A program made the position numbers and the translations under genes. A stretch of 64,000 nucleotides of DNA from Sphyrna mokarran (Eukaryota): assembly GCA_024679065.1 (NCBI GenBank), contig JAGIQG010000008.1, forward strand, positions 83,204,001 through 83,268,000. The letters run 5' to 3'. This document shows, one piece after another, positions 1 to 12,132 of this stretch. The notes beneath the pieces were generated by a model. It ran no database searches, was not told the origin of the DNA, and worked only from the letters and a program-made list of their open reading frames with translations. Position 1 is the stretch's first letter; every line of letters begins with the position of its first letter.

Positions 1-697
1 GAAACAGGCGCAACAGCATTTGCATGCACATAAATTGAATTAGTAAACTGCCCACCCAACTTTACCAGCATTGCCCTTTTAGCATCACATCCGCGTGTCC
101 AGATTCGGCATGAAACAAGCATGCTCGGCAAAGGTCTGTTCTGGGCAGTCCAACTTCTGAAGCGATAAGTTCAGAGCTTCTGGCACCTCTCTGACCCAGA
201 TCTGTGGTTTGGTAGGGGGCAAGGAGGTGGATAAGATGGATGTCCAGTGGGGCAGGGGGAGGCCTGATCGCTCACTGGTGGGGGGGGGGAGGGGGGAAGG
301 GGAGGATCCGCTGCCACTCTGCGGGCAATCATTGGGAGGCAGAGGGTCGTGATTGATCTAGGTAGCGGGGCAGGAGGATGGGTGGATAAGGAGGACAGTT
401 ATGATGTGGGAGTGGGGCGATATCAGTGGGGGCCATCGCTCCCGAGCCACTTCATGCGACCTAGGAGCGATGTGGCAGGGGCGCATTTTCAAATTATTTC
501 TCACTGCGTGCTCACAGTTGAGGCTCCGATCAGAGCTGCAGCATTTCAGGTGTGACAAGCACTGCCCACAGTGCAATTCAGATCGCAATTTTTTTTCAAG
601 CTAAGTGTGTCTGGGGGCACCTGGGAACAGTTTTCCAAGTCCGATCTGATTTGCCACCAGATTTAGCAGTTAGAATCAAAATAGTAAAATCGGGCTC
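1..697. mobile_element. Non-autonomous Harbinger/PIF-like DNA transposon, left end outside window; same family as 41409-42765
   Basis: Ends in AAAATAGTAAAATCGGGCTC (revcomp GAGCCCGATTTTACTATTTT), matching the TIR of 41409-42765. Shares internal blocks with it (ttgaatta..aactgcccacccaa; ctgccactctgc.ggc.atc; ggataaggaggacagt; aggagcgat). Confidence 0.7.
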
Positions 698-739
698 ATA
701 ATGTCTCCTAGGAATGTCACTGAAATGTGTGAATGAACA

Positions 740-1215
740 CAAGATTCAATTTCCTGAAAATGTAAGCGAGATAGATAAAGCCATAAAAAAGGCTAACCGC
801 CTTTGGGGGTTCATAAATAAAAACAGAAGAATAAAGAAATAATGAAAAAGTATTAAAGCCATAAATTCACCAGGTTGTTTGATGCCAGGGCATTGAAAAA
901 CTAAGATTATGAGGAGAGATTCCAGATGCTATGAATATTTCAACTGGGGCAAAGAAAGTGGAGAGATTTAATAGCAGATTTTAAAATTATTCAGCACTAT
1001 TTTCTCTGCTTGGGGATAAAATGATGAGGCTTTAGCAATTTAAAAATCATCGCTTGGACTTGGCAGAAACTTTTTGGCGTGTGGAAACTCTGTCACAGAA
1101 TGACTGAGGCAAAGGTCTTATCCTTTTTAGAGGAAAATTGGACAGTTGAAGCAGAGAAAGCACACAACTACAGGATACGAATACTGCTGTGGCTTTAAAT
1201 TGCTCTTATGAGTGT
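740..1215 (+). mobile_element. Degraded CR1 LINE 3' fragment (RT C-terminus and tail)
   Basis: DKAIKKANRLWGFINKNR resembles the CR1 V.KAN..LGFI.R.IEYK motif; continues with tatgaggagaga.. and tggaaactctgtcacaga. Confidence 0.6.
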
Positions 1216-1559
1216 CATCAGACTGACTCCCTTTATGTTGTAACTGTTTATGGTTCCAATCAGCACTCATGGTCATAGGAAAGTCTGCAACATTATAAAT
1301 CTGATTTCCTGATCCTCTCAATGAGGTTTTAAACTTGCTCAAAACCCATTCACTTCCACAAATTGAGCCCTGCTTGTCCATCTGGCTCCCCCTCAGAGTG
1401 TGGCATGGAACGTACTGCAGCAGGCAATGTGGATAAATAAAACACTTCATATCATATGGCTAAGGAGGGGGAGAGTGGAATAGCTCTGATTCCCCATCTG
1501 TTTAAAGTCTGAGATTTTATTACAAATACAAAGAAATATGGAAAACCAATTAAAATAGT

Positions 1560-2090
1560 CAGCACCCTCCTGTGCTGCCCAATGTGTTATCATATTTAGG
1601 TGATAAGTGGCAAAAAGGGAATATGAAAAGAGATAGTAAAAAGTTTTATTGTTACATTAAAAAGGGAACATGACTCCATTAAAAAGAGGTGCAGATAAGA
1701 CTATACTGAAAAATAAAGAAATGACAGACCTGTCTGTTGTTGGAGAACAAAACAAAAATACCAGTAGTACAAGGAAAGTTTAAAAAAGTAAGCAGAGGAG
1801 CAAAGTGAACTTAATACAATGATAATCAAGACAATGATAGATTTTCAACTTGATGGATTCCACTGCAGAACGTAGGAAACTATAACATGTGAGGAAACTG
1901 CAAGCTTGAATTGCAAAATTATGAAGTCATCACTATTTAAAGGGAAGGGAAGAAGAAACCAGGAGTTATCAGTCTAACATCAGTTAGAGGAAAGTTACTG
2001 GAACGGGGACAGAATGACTAAGCACCTAGCAATAATGAGCTAATCAAAGAAATGGATTTGTGAAGGACAAGATAATAACAAATTTGCAGG
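1560..2090 (+). mobile_element. Degraded CR1 ORF2 internal fragment
   Basis: gatagtaaaaagttttattgttacatt (SK.FY.YI), gatggattccac (DG.HP), cactatttaaaggg..aaaccagga..tcagtctaacatcagtt (PLFK.G..PG...SLTS), ggatttgtgaagg. Confidence 0.6.
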
Positions 2091-2859
2091 TTTACACAGT
2101 TAATGCATTAATTGGTCCTGACTAGCTTCTGTTCTGCCTTTCTAAGTGATCTTGTTGCTCAAGTTTCATCTTCCAAATTATCAAAGTTGTCACTGGCGAA
2201 ACATTGACACACTCAATGAATAGGAAATACTCGCTCTCAACTTTGCTTGTATGCATGAAGCAGGCTTATCACAAATAGAAGCTTTGGAATAAATAATGCA
2301 GCAAGTCACAAGAGTGGGCTACAAACGACTACCTAGCCCTTCTACCCCTACCCCCCGCCCCCACCGAAATTAATTTGGCAAAATGTGATAATGGGTTGAT
2401 TAAATAAGTGGAATTTTGGGGGCAGCAGTCTATTAAGTATGTTTTAGTTTGCTTCAGTACAAGAGCAGCAAGCAAATAGGGGCGTGAAGGTGCAAATGCC
2501 ATGATGTGCTTATCTAACATCTGATAATGACCGAGCCTGGTTGGAGATTATCCCTATTTTGACAGGCACCTGCTTTAGAAATTAGATTGGAAGTGGCATA
2601 TGCATGGAGTTATTGCCAACACACCATTCACTCCAGAAAGAAATTGCAGCTCATTCAATCCTTTGTTAGAGCCCACTGTGTACATTTATTTATTTTACAG
2701 TTTTTTTGTGAGATTCATTACCTTCGAGGACAATTGTTGTTTACAGGCACTTCTTGCCAGATAATCCAACACTTGGTGCAAATAAATATGAAAACTTTGG
2801 TGCATTAACTGCATCATAGCAGTTCAAATCCTGTTCCAGCCTGATGCCTGCATGTATAA

Positions 2860-3075
2860 ATACATTTTCAGCAGGGAGCACTGGATATAAATCAGCTAAG
2901 GGAATCCAGACTAATCTTTTTGCCCTTAAGCTAGTGCCCATCAAGATCAATTATACAGTTGCCATTACTATTCAAGTCAAAGTCATTTAACTCAGCATAG
3001 TTCAGCTTTTGAAGTTGTGACATTCCTGATCTATATGACTGAGTACCTACCACAAAATATTTAGGAACTGAAGCA
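2860..3075 (-). mobile_element. Ancient tRNA-derived SINE fragment (AmnSINE2-like)
   Basis: taactcagcatag...ttcctgatctatatgactgagt resembles a reverse-complemented ancient SINE head; a similar piece lies at about 52365-52460. Very degraded. Confidence 0.35.
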
Positions 3076-3699
3076 TAGAGAGAAATCCACAATCTGTTTC
3101 CTAAACTATTTTAATTCTCATCCACTCAGGCACATTTGCTATCATAACTACCTCTAAGGCTCATGTCTAAGGCATCATATCATTGACTCTACAAAAGAGA
3201 GCATAAAGATGTAATGTCACAAAGGAAACCAGCAGCTACGCTGCACTACAAATGTGCTTTTCAAGCTTAAGACACAGATTGTTTAAACTAATTTAAATTT
3301 CCTCTGACTCAATATTAAATTTCAATGGCCTTAATTGGTCTGCTTTGAAACTACTGCAATCATTGTGTCAAACATCATTGGAATAGTGAAAGAGCAGTGA
3401 TTCATATCGTAATTCTGCAAAAGTAATAAGAATATTTATATTCCTACAGTTCAATGCAGGCAGCTGCCTATGTGTATGCCTGGTAACTATAACACTTATG
3501 CATTCAACTATCAGCAATGAAGAATAGAGTGAGCTCTTCTGAAATTGAGAACGTTATATTACAATCACAGAATTACTCAATGAGTCATAGTGAAATCATT
3601 TTCCACAGGTTCTCCTAGAAGCAGCATATCCTATTTTGAGGTTTGTGTGTGCAGTTCCTTTCTTCCCAAACTAGGCTTGCTATCCTTCTTCTATTATTA

Positions 3700-4100
3700 A
3701 GTTGAAAATGTGTTCTTTTCCTTCTTCCCGTACTTGTTAGAATGCCTATCTTGTGCAATCTCTCCTTCCCACATTAAGGAAATATATGTTATCAAACTGT
3801 ATAACCTCCTACATCAGGAAGAAACTTGGCTAATACCCAGGGTTACTCAGTGTTTACTTCCTCATTGCCCTCCAGTTTCTTTGCTATTTCTCATTCTTAT
3901 CAAATTTTGCAACTACCTCACCCCTCCATGATATTTTCCCACCAACTGTGTGGTCTTTGACAGCTTTTCCACTGAAATCAACAATTCCAAAACCATGCAT
4001 GCCTTCTTTCCCCAACTGCCCAGTCTCTGTCTTTCTATCCTTCCCTTTTGAATGGATCCTATTATAACTTCACTGTCTAACCACCCCTGACGTGAATACT
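3700..4100 (+). mobile_element. Very degraded L2-like LINE fragment
   Basis: Pyrimidine-rich; tgtggtctttgacagcttttccac resembles the L2 AFD.VDH motif, and tccaaaacc resembles the K T motif. Confidence 0.3.
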
Positions 4101-5184
4101 ATAAGCAGTCCAAATTCCCAACAACACATAGGATCAACTAATTACTTTAAGTATATATGTGCAACAATCCAGCAGAGACTACAATTCTTATTGCAAAACA
4201 TTGCACTCATTAATAGCCAATTACTGCAAAAATGGGTAAATTAACTGCTCATCTTCATGCTCTTAGTAGGTTTTAATCTGTTTCCTCCTAAACAGTCAAA
4301 TATCTCCGATGGTGAAAAGTCTTTATTTCTGATGAAAACCTATTTTTTTCATTTCTTTCACCTTAACGAGTATTTTTTTCTGTTATTCACCTACTCACCT
4401 GAACCCTGACATAAATCTACTAAATATCCTGTAGCTTAGTTGGGGTCCATAAGTGAGTTCTATTTTATTAATGAGGCAGGTTGTTTTAGTCAGTTGATAA
4501 AGGCAGCACAAACCTAATTCAATAATAGAAGAGGAAATTTTATTACTTTCACTGCAGGCCAGTGTCATAAACTCCACTGTGCTTCAGAAATTTACTAGGT
4601 TTTTAATGCAAGATAAAGCATGCGCACCTCACATATCAGAACAGGTGTTCAACAGTGTCAAGGAAACAAATCAAGTAATAAATGGACAGTTATTGCTTGG
4701 GAAAAAATAAATTGCTTTCTTTATTTGTCTGTCTAACTTCTAATTGAAGAAAGCTACTTTGCGTTCAGACACTTCAATTCCTCTCAGAAAAAGGCTATTG
4801 AATCAGCAAGTGCCGCCCTTCACACAATCAATTTTAATCTAAAAATACTGCATCCTCTTAGTTATCATAGCTTCACCCATAACATCTGAAACTCAATATA
4901 CACCCAGTAGAGTTAAATTAGCACATATCTTGACATGTGCAATAAAAAGATATTAGAAGGTTGCAGACAGCAGACCTAAATGGGAAATTCAAATATTCTG
5001 CACAAGGTATCACTTTCTTCTTTAGAATCCTGGTCAAAATGACCTCCACCTATAACCCCAGACTCTTCAGCCACGTCGTAAAAGGAACTGCTTTGTGCTT
5101 ACGGACAGTTCTACAGACACAAAGTAACTACTAGAACTTCACCAAAAGCAGATAAAGCACATTTGCCTTTACCTATCATTCCAC

Positions 5185-5600
5185 GGTCTTAGGTTGCGAA
5201 AGGACCCAGGCCACACCAAAGACTTGAGAACATAATCTACATTGACACTCAGGTGAACCATAAATGAAATACGAAGGGCATGATGTAGTTTTGGGGATTC
5301 AGTTTTTAGTGACATTTGAACTGAACCCCAAATTGCTCTTTTGGGCTGAATTAAATGATCCTATAACACAATTAGAAAAGATTTAAGGAAGACTTTTGAC
5401 TTCCAGGGCAATATTCATAGCGCAATCAACTTCACATTTTAAAAAATGATCTAATCATTCTTAATTATGAGATCTTGCTGTGTGCAAATTGGCTACCTCA
5501 AATACCTAATCATTGTAACAATGATTATGCTTGTAAAGTATTTGGTTGAATGTGAATTGAAGTGGTTTGGGAATTTTGGTTCAGAAAAAACGCTATATCC
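5185..5600 (+). mobile_element. DeuSINE (SacSINE1-like)
   Basis: gacttgagaacataatctacattgacactc, gatcctataacac, gagatcttgctgtgtgcaaattggctac match the Deu-domain and tail pattern. Confidence 0.6.
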
Positions 5601-6036
5601 ATGAAAACGTTCCAATTATTTGAACAGAATAACATACCCAGCTTTGAGGATATCAGAACCAAGTCAAATATTCTCTCCTTCAGCATTCACACGTACTTTC
5701 TAGTGGGAACCACTGACCAGGACTGCGAATTAAACTTCTTTGTTTTTTTACTACTTTCCACTGTCCTTGAACCCATCTGTTCTTCTCATATAATGTCCAA
5801 GCAGAAATCAGCTGCTTCCATGCAGACTAGAAATGAAACTCAACTATTTCCTGATTTTTATCGTTTAATGCAATACTTTGCAGTAAGGTTAAAAAATGTT
5901 TTAAACTGGAGCATCGTGTTAATGCACATTTTCAACTTTTGATGAAAACAAAAGTTTCTTTGTTCCCTCCCCCAATCTGCAAACATATTTTGTGTAATAC
6001 CGAATACATCTATATATTATTGATGACAACAATTGA

Positions 6037-6348
6037 GGGCAGCACGGTGGCTACATTATGGTCTCTTGGAGCAGGGATTTGGTTCAATTCCTGACTTCGG
6101 TTACTATCTGTGTGGAGTTTGCATGTTCTCCCTTTTTCTCCATGGGTTTCCTCCGGCTGCTCCGGTTTCTCCCCATAGTCCAAACACATGCGGGTTAGGT
6201 GGATCAGCCATGCTAAACTGTCCCTGGGTATCAGGAGGACTAGCTAGGATAAATACATAGAGTTATGGGGATAGATCCTGGATGGGATTGCAGTCAATAC
6301 AGGTTTGATGGGCTGAATGGTCTCTTTCTGCAATGTAAGATTCTATGA
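6037..6348 (+). mobile_element. HE1-like V-SINE, full length, CR1-type tail
   Basis: gggcagcacggtggc head, B box ggttcaattcc, V-domain tctgtgtggagtttgcatgttctcc..tgggtttcctccgg, tail gatgggctgaatgg..gattctatg. Confidence 0.9.
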
Positions 6349-6469
6349 AAAAAAATAATGTTGCTGCTGTTGAAACAATAATCAGCATTCTCTGAAATGC
6401 AGAAGCAAAGAAATGGCATTATGAATTCACAACTAGATCCTGTCTTGACTCTGAAATGGGCAGCTGAGA

Positions 6470-6780
6470 GAAGCTGGTTCCAAGATGCTCAAGTTCACAC
6501 TTCAGTGCACAACAATCCATGGGAGTGCCAATCTGGATTTCAAAATTACTTAAGATGTTCTTCTAGGCACTTTAGAACGTGGAGCGGCATCTCATAAATG
6601 TTTTGAGAATGATCCCATCACCCACACTCTCAAACATCTTAAAGTTTGCTGGTAGAATTGGAAGCTGTGTATTTGCACAAACTTGCATGGATAGAGCTCC
6701 CTCCTGCCACCAAGACATCAGCCAATATAAATCAAATGCAAAACAATTCTATAGTTACTGATGTAAAATTGATAGCTACA
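6470..6780 (+). mobile_element. Possible RTE-like RT remnant
   Basis: ECQSGFQ resembles ESQCGFR, and PSPTLSNI resembles LAPTLFNI. Heavily deleted. Confidence 0.3.
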
Positions 6781-6789
6781 GAATAATAT

Positions 6790-6920
6790 ACTTATTCTTT
6801 GATGGGACACAGATACTGCTGACAAGCCCAGAATTTGTTGCCCATTCTAATTGCCACAATTGAGTGGCTTGCGAGACCTTTTCAGAGGGCATATAAGAAT
6901 GATTACTTTGCTGTGGTCTT
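6790..6920 (-). mobile_element. 3' tail of the tRNA-headed SINE/LINE family (see 34181-36945)
   Basis: gaatttgttgcccattctaattgcc..tgagtggcttgc..ttcagagggca..tgctgtggtct; the central part is the reverse complement of 34420-34485. Confidence 0.65.
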
Positions 6921-6924
6921 TTTA

Positions 6925-8460
6925 ATTCACTATTCTCTGCTTCCTGTTAACTAGCCAATCCTCTATCCATGCTAATATATGTAATCTCTACACCAACAGC
7001 TATTATTGTGCACAGGAACCGTTGATGTGACACCTTGTCAAATGCCTTCTGGAAATCACAGATTCCCTTTTATCCATGTTGCTTGTCATTTCCTCAAAGA
7101 ACTGCATTGAGTTAGCCAAACATTATTTCCCTTCCACAAAACCATATTGACATTGCTTGATTGCACTGAGATTTTCTAGGTGCTCCTCTACTAACTGCCT
7201 TAATATTTATTCCAGCATTTTCCTTACAACTGATGTTAAGCCAGTTGACTTCTAGTTTCCTGCTTTCTGTCTCGTTCCTTTCTTGAATAGGGGAGTCACA
7301 TTTGCTATTTTCCAATCTGAGGATATTTCCAGAAGAGAGTATTGTAGAAATTAAACCCAGTGCATCAATTATCTCATCAGCACTTCTTTGAAGACTTTAG
7401 GATGAAGTCCATCAGGACCTGGGAACTTGACCACTATTTAAAAAATTTTCTCAGTACCCTTTCCCAAGATGGTGCTGGAGCATGGTGACTTCTTGCAAAC
7501 TGTGTCCAGCATACCCTCTAATTCTATCATTTACTGCCATTCTATATTTTAAAAATTCTATTTTAATTCCTTTATCAGACCTTTGAATGGACCTCCCTCA
7601 TATTAAGTTAATCTTTTTCTATATCCTAGCCATGACTGTAACACTACATTATGCATCCTTTCCTTTCTCTATATACAGTATGCTTTGTACAGCATGCTAG
7701 AAACAATACTTTTCACTGTACACTAATATATGATAGTAATTCAAATTTTCCTGATTATTGTAATTGTTTCACATTTCCCCTTTCCTTTCACCTCCCTGAT
7801 TCACAACTATTTGAGATATTATTTGTATTATCTACAGTGAAGACAGCACACAAAATCTATTCAATTAATTTGCCATTTCCTTATTTTTCATTGTTAATTC
7901 ACTATTTCCGCTCTCTAGGAAGATCAACATTCATTTTATCTATCCCTTTCCTTTTTAAGAGGCTGAAGGAAAAGTTACTGTACTGTGTCTAGAATTTTCT
8001 TGTGTATCTCCCTCCTTATCATCATCAAGACATTCTATGGTGGTCACCATATTCTATCTAACCTTCTGACTTGCCACTCATTTTAATGGAATGATATAAT
8101 TTTTCTTTCAATTTGATATGGTCTTTAACTTCCTAAGTTAGCCAGAGGTGATATGTCCTTTCCAGAGTCCTTTCACAGTGCAATGCATTCTGGGTTTTCT
8201 ACATCTCTTTTGATCTATACTTTAATCTAATTTTCCAGTTACTTTTGTCTTCATGCCCTCATAATTGCCCTTAAGTTTAAAACATTAGTTCATGATCAAC
8301 TTTCCTCTTGCTCAAATTGAATGTGATATTCATTATATTGTCATTGCTACATAGGGGCGTCTTCACTATGTGGTCATTAATTACTCCCATCTCATTGCAC
8401 ACTCTCAGATCTCGTGTAGCTTGCTATCTGGTTGATATTAAAACATGCTGCTCTAAAAAA
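6925..8460 (-). mobile_element. CR1 LINE ORF2 relic (about 1.5 kb) interrupted by a Rex-derived insertion
   Basis: caccttgtcaaatgccttctggaaatc (DFQKAFDKV), ggagtcacatttgc (ANVTP), ggatgaagtccatcaggacctggg (PGPDGLHP). Confidence 0.85.
7465..7746 (+). mobile_element. Bipartite non-autonomous Rex1/Babar-derived element (5' end fused to 3' UTR)
   Basis: Begins CAAGATGGTGCTGGAG (Rex-type CAAGATGGCG start). From about 7574, atcagacctttgaatggacc.. matches 55350-55460 and 25170-25345. Flanked by TTTCC at 7460-7464 and 7747-7751. Confidence 0.65.
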
Positions 8461-8469
8461 AAGTGGAAC

Positions 8470-9035
8470 AGCTTGGCTACTTCTGAAGAACAAGTCTTCA
8501 GTATTATTGCTGGAAGGTTGCCCATGCCCACAGCCTTTACAGTACTCAGTGCCTTTAGTCATTTTTAGATATTAGATATTAGATTCAATAAATTGAACTG
8601 GTTGAAGACTGGCATCTGCGATGCTGGGAAAGTCTGGAGGAAGCCAAGATCATCCACTCGACAGTTCTGACTGGAGGTTGTAAATACTTCAGCCTTGTCT
8701 TTTGGGCTGATGTGCCAGGTGCCCCCATCATTGAGAATAGGAATATCTGTGCCACCTCCTCCTCCAGTGACTTGTTTAATTGTCCACCATCATTCACAAT
8801 GGATGTGGCAGATTTCAGAGCCTGCCTGGCTGGAGTCACATGTAAGCCGAACGAGACAAGGTCAGCAGATTCTCTCCCCTAAAGAAAAATAAAACTGATG
8901 GCTTTGGCAATTAGAGATAATTACAGGTTTTATTCATTAATTGAATTACTTAATTGAATTTAATTTTCATCTGCAACCATGGTGAGATTTGAACCGTCTG
9001 CCCCAGTATATTAGCCTCTGGACCACCATGTCCCC
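8470..9035 (-). mobile_element. Internally deleted copy of the tRNA-headed CR1/L2-group LINE
   Basis: Minus strand: B box GGTTCAAATCTC (8984-8995), ..tacatgtgactccag, joined directly to gctctgaaatctgccacatcc.., homologous to 35769-36070. Confidence 0.8.
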
Positions 9036-9494
9036 TTTAGTCTTAAAGGAATGATGTTCTGGGGTGAAAGTTTCACAGAAAAATTGACACATATATTTTT
9101 AAGCTCAGTGTGTAGTAAACATTCATGCTGAAGGAATGAGTTGCACCAGTGTTGTCAAAGCACCTGGTTCTGGATGTGCACGTCCCAGTTTTACAAGTCC
9201 TCATATACCTTTATAGTGCACAATTTTCCACAGAGAAATAACAGCAAAATGAGTCACCTATTTCCTTATCAGTTCCTGACATTACATGCGCAAAATTCAT
9301 ACAAAAAGGAAAAGATGGTTTTGTGATAAAACAGCTAATTTAAAGGGGGCAAGTTTGGGATCTTGATATATAATTTGTAAAAGTTTCTTAAAAATATTTA
9401 AATTTTGATGCAGCAGTATGACCAATTTATTCATTACTTGGAGAAAAGCTAAGCTGTAACAAATTGTTAGGAAACAAAGGTAGTTTCGAGGGAT

Positions 9495-9600
9495 AAAAGC
9501 AAATTACTGTAGATGCTGGGATCTGAAACAAAAACAGAAAGTGCTGAAAAATCTCAGGTCTGACAGCATTTGTAGATAGAATTGAGCTGAAGTTGAAAAT
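9495..9600 (-). mobile_element. Penelope-like element terminal repeat fragment
   Basis: aaaagcaaattactgtagatgctgggatctgaaacaaaaacagaaagtgctg..ctcaggtctgacagcat; this motif recurs at least seven times in the window. Confidence 0.7.
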
Positions 9601-9664
9601 CTGGGTGAAGGGTTAAAAAAAGTTTTCCTTTGTTTGAGAAGCCCAAGCTGTTGCAGATAGAAAT

Positions 9665-9990
9665 GATGTGGAGATGCCTGTGTTGGACTGAAGTAAGCAC
9701 AGTAAATCTCACAACAGCAGTCTAAAGTCCAACAGGTTTATTTGGTAGCAAAAGCCATTAGCTTTTGGAACGCTGCTCCTTCAGCAGGTATGTGGGAGTT
9801 CTGTTCACAAACAGGGTATATAGAGATACAAACTCAATATACAAAATAATGGTTTAAGTGCAAGTCTTTGCAAGTAATCAAATCTTAAAGGTACAGACAA
9901 TGTGACTGGAGAGAGGGTTAAGCACAGGTTAAAGAGATGTATATTGTTTCCAGATGGGACAGTTAGTGAAATTTTGTAAGTCCAGGCTAA
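9665..9990 (-). mobile_element. Second Penelope-like family 3' end with decayed minimal hammerhead ribozyme
   Basis: Minus strand CCTGCTGAAGGAGCAGCGTTCCAAAAGC..CCAAATAAACCTGTTGGAC: CUGANGA/stem II/GAAA layout with two core substitutions. Confidence 0.7.
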
Positions 9991-10039
9991 CTGATTAGCA
10001 GTCCTGTGATTCTGTTCCTCCATGTTTGACAAAAGTTAT

Positions 10040-10168
10040 GGGGCAGGGGTTTCCGACAATACTCGCTCCGAGACCGGAAAATCCAGCCCGAGGTCCATGG
10101 CCTTTTGCAAGATCCTATCCCACCCACTATAATTCCTGTGGCAGGCGGGACGGGAAAATTCCAGCCTC
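10040..10168. mobile_element. MITE, Harbinger-like TIRs, apparently inserted in an LTR-like fragment (about 10000-10237)
   Basis: Left GGGGCAGGGGTTTCCG, right revcomp GAGGCTGGAATTTTCCCG; locally CpG-rich. The flank ends gggatcgtaaca, like the LTR at 28528-29106. Confidence 0.55.
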
Positions 10169-10794
10169 ATCTTTTGAGTCAGTGTTTCATTCTGAGATCT
10201 TCTTGCCCAGGCATAATATTAACTGGGATCGTAACAATGTATTAAGCAAACCTTCAACGTAGCTGATATGATTCAATCATTTTGACAAAATATACTGAGA
10301 CATCTGAATCAAATCAGCCAGCTCAGAGTGGTATTATTCAAACTGGAATCTCATTTGTTGGTGTCTAAAAACATTTGCACTACAATTAAGCAGTTTGAAC
10401 AATGCCCCTATAAAACCGAGAATAACCGGGAATAACCGAAATCCATCCGTAGTCACTTGGGTTTGCTGAAGCAAATTTATCTTTCGAATTACTACAGAGA
10501 AACTTGAAGCTGTGGTATTGAATTTCAATCAGGGTATCAGAATACACTTTGATCTTTCCTATAAGAATACAGTTTTGCAGTATTCTGCTCCATTGCTCTC
10601 ATAGGGAAGTCTATCTTTAAAAGTGGATTCTTGATGTGAAGTATTATCTTAATCTGAAGCACTTTTTCGAACAAACTTACATCTGCTAACCATATTGACA
10701 TTATTACACTGTAAAGAATTTAAATGTGAATTATTTTGATTCCATTACTGTGGCAAAATTTACCAAATCTTTGTGGTCTCTGTCTTTCTCAAAT

Positions 10795-11048
10795 TCATAG
10801 AATCCCAACTGTGGAGGAAGCCATGCAGCCCATCAAGTCTGCACTAACTCTCTGATAGAGCATCTTAACCAGACCCTACCCCTGCCTTATCTGCGTCATG
10901 CCATATATTTACCTCGCTAATCCTCTAATCTACACACTTAGGAACAAAAAGGGGCAACTTAGCATGGCTAACCCACCTAACCTGCACTGTGGGCGGAAAC
11001 TGGAGCACCCCGAGAAAACCTATGTAGATACAGGGAGAATGTGAAGAC
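10795..11048 (-). mobile_element. HE1-like V-SINE, 5' truncated
   Basis: catagaatccc..cagcccatcaagtctgca; tagcatggctaacccacctaacctgcac; ggaaactggagcacccc. Confidence 0.9.
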
Positions 11049-11138
11049 TGAGCTTTGCTAAGCAGACCCAAGCTATATCTGGCTTGGCTGTATTTAATAT
11101 TGGTACTGCATGCTCAAAATGGAAGTTGGAACTTTTTC

Positions 11139-11438
11139 TCAGCACAGTTACATAGTAGCTAGCTTGCTGCCTCGCAGCACCAGGGACCTGGGTTCAATTG
11201 ACTGTCTGTGTGGAGTTTGTACTTTCTCCCTGTGTCTGTATCGGTTTCCTCTGGGTGCTCCAGTTTTCTCCCACAGTCCAAAGATGTGCAAGTTAGATTG
11301 ATTGCCCATGCTCAATTGACTCTTGTATCAGGAGGATTAGCAGGATAAATGTGTGGGTTATGGGAGTAGGGCATGGGTGAGATTGTGATTAGTATAGACA
11401 GAATGGGCCCCTTCTGTACTGTAGGTAATCTATGATTC
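11139..11438 (+). mobile_element. HE1-like V-SINE
   Basis: ctgcctcgcagcaccagggacctgggttcaatt, V-domain ctgtctgtgtggagtttg, tail ctatgattcc. Confidence 0.9.
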
Positions 11439-12132
11439 CAGTATTCCTAAAAGTAATTGGCATATATTTGGCAAATCAAAGAAAAAATAAATCAATGCTC
11501 ACAAATTATCTTATTCACAACAAAGGTTCCATTTGCTTAGCAAACATAGTCCATCCATGGCTGCTTTAAACATATGGAGGGGAATAATAGTATCAAGACA
11601 GCAAACTTGTACATAGTGACAAAAAAATATCAATGGAGCTACATTGAAATTATTTTGCGGCTAATATTTGATAAAGTTTACAAAACTTACCCTTCTTTCA
11701 AATTAAAAATCACTGCAATTATATTGTAGAGACATGAACTTCTCTTTTCTGTAACATTACCTCTTTTGTTTAAACTTGACTGTTTCCTTTTACTATATCT
11801 GGAATTCCTTTAAGTTTGGGTGTAACTGCTCCTGTGATTCATAATAAAAAAAAACACCAATGGCCTACTTAGCTTCCTGTAAATTATGCAGCATTGAAAC
11901 CTGACTGACTACTCACTTCAATATCTAAAATAGACCTTATATCAGAAGGCTCACATCAGACTATAGTGACCTTGACATATGAGGACATTACCAATCACTA
12001 GTTATCCTACCAATAGCTGCTTTTGGAAATATAAATAGAAATATTATTTTCATGGCAGTTGAAGACCTGAAGTCCACTAACACCACTCCTGTCACGTTAA
12101 ACACCTGTATGTCCAACATCAACTGTACCATC

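Noticed and set aside
6037-6110. tRNA-like A/B boxes here and at other SINE heads
   Set aside because: They run directly into V- or Deu-domains and lack a full cloverleaf; SINE heads, not tRNA genes.
11691-11832. Minus-strand segment with CAG acceptor and GTAAG donor
   Set aside because: Stops in all three frames and no other support; such site pairs are expected by chance.
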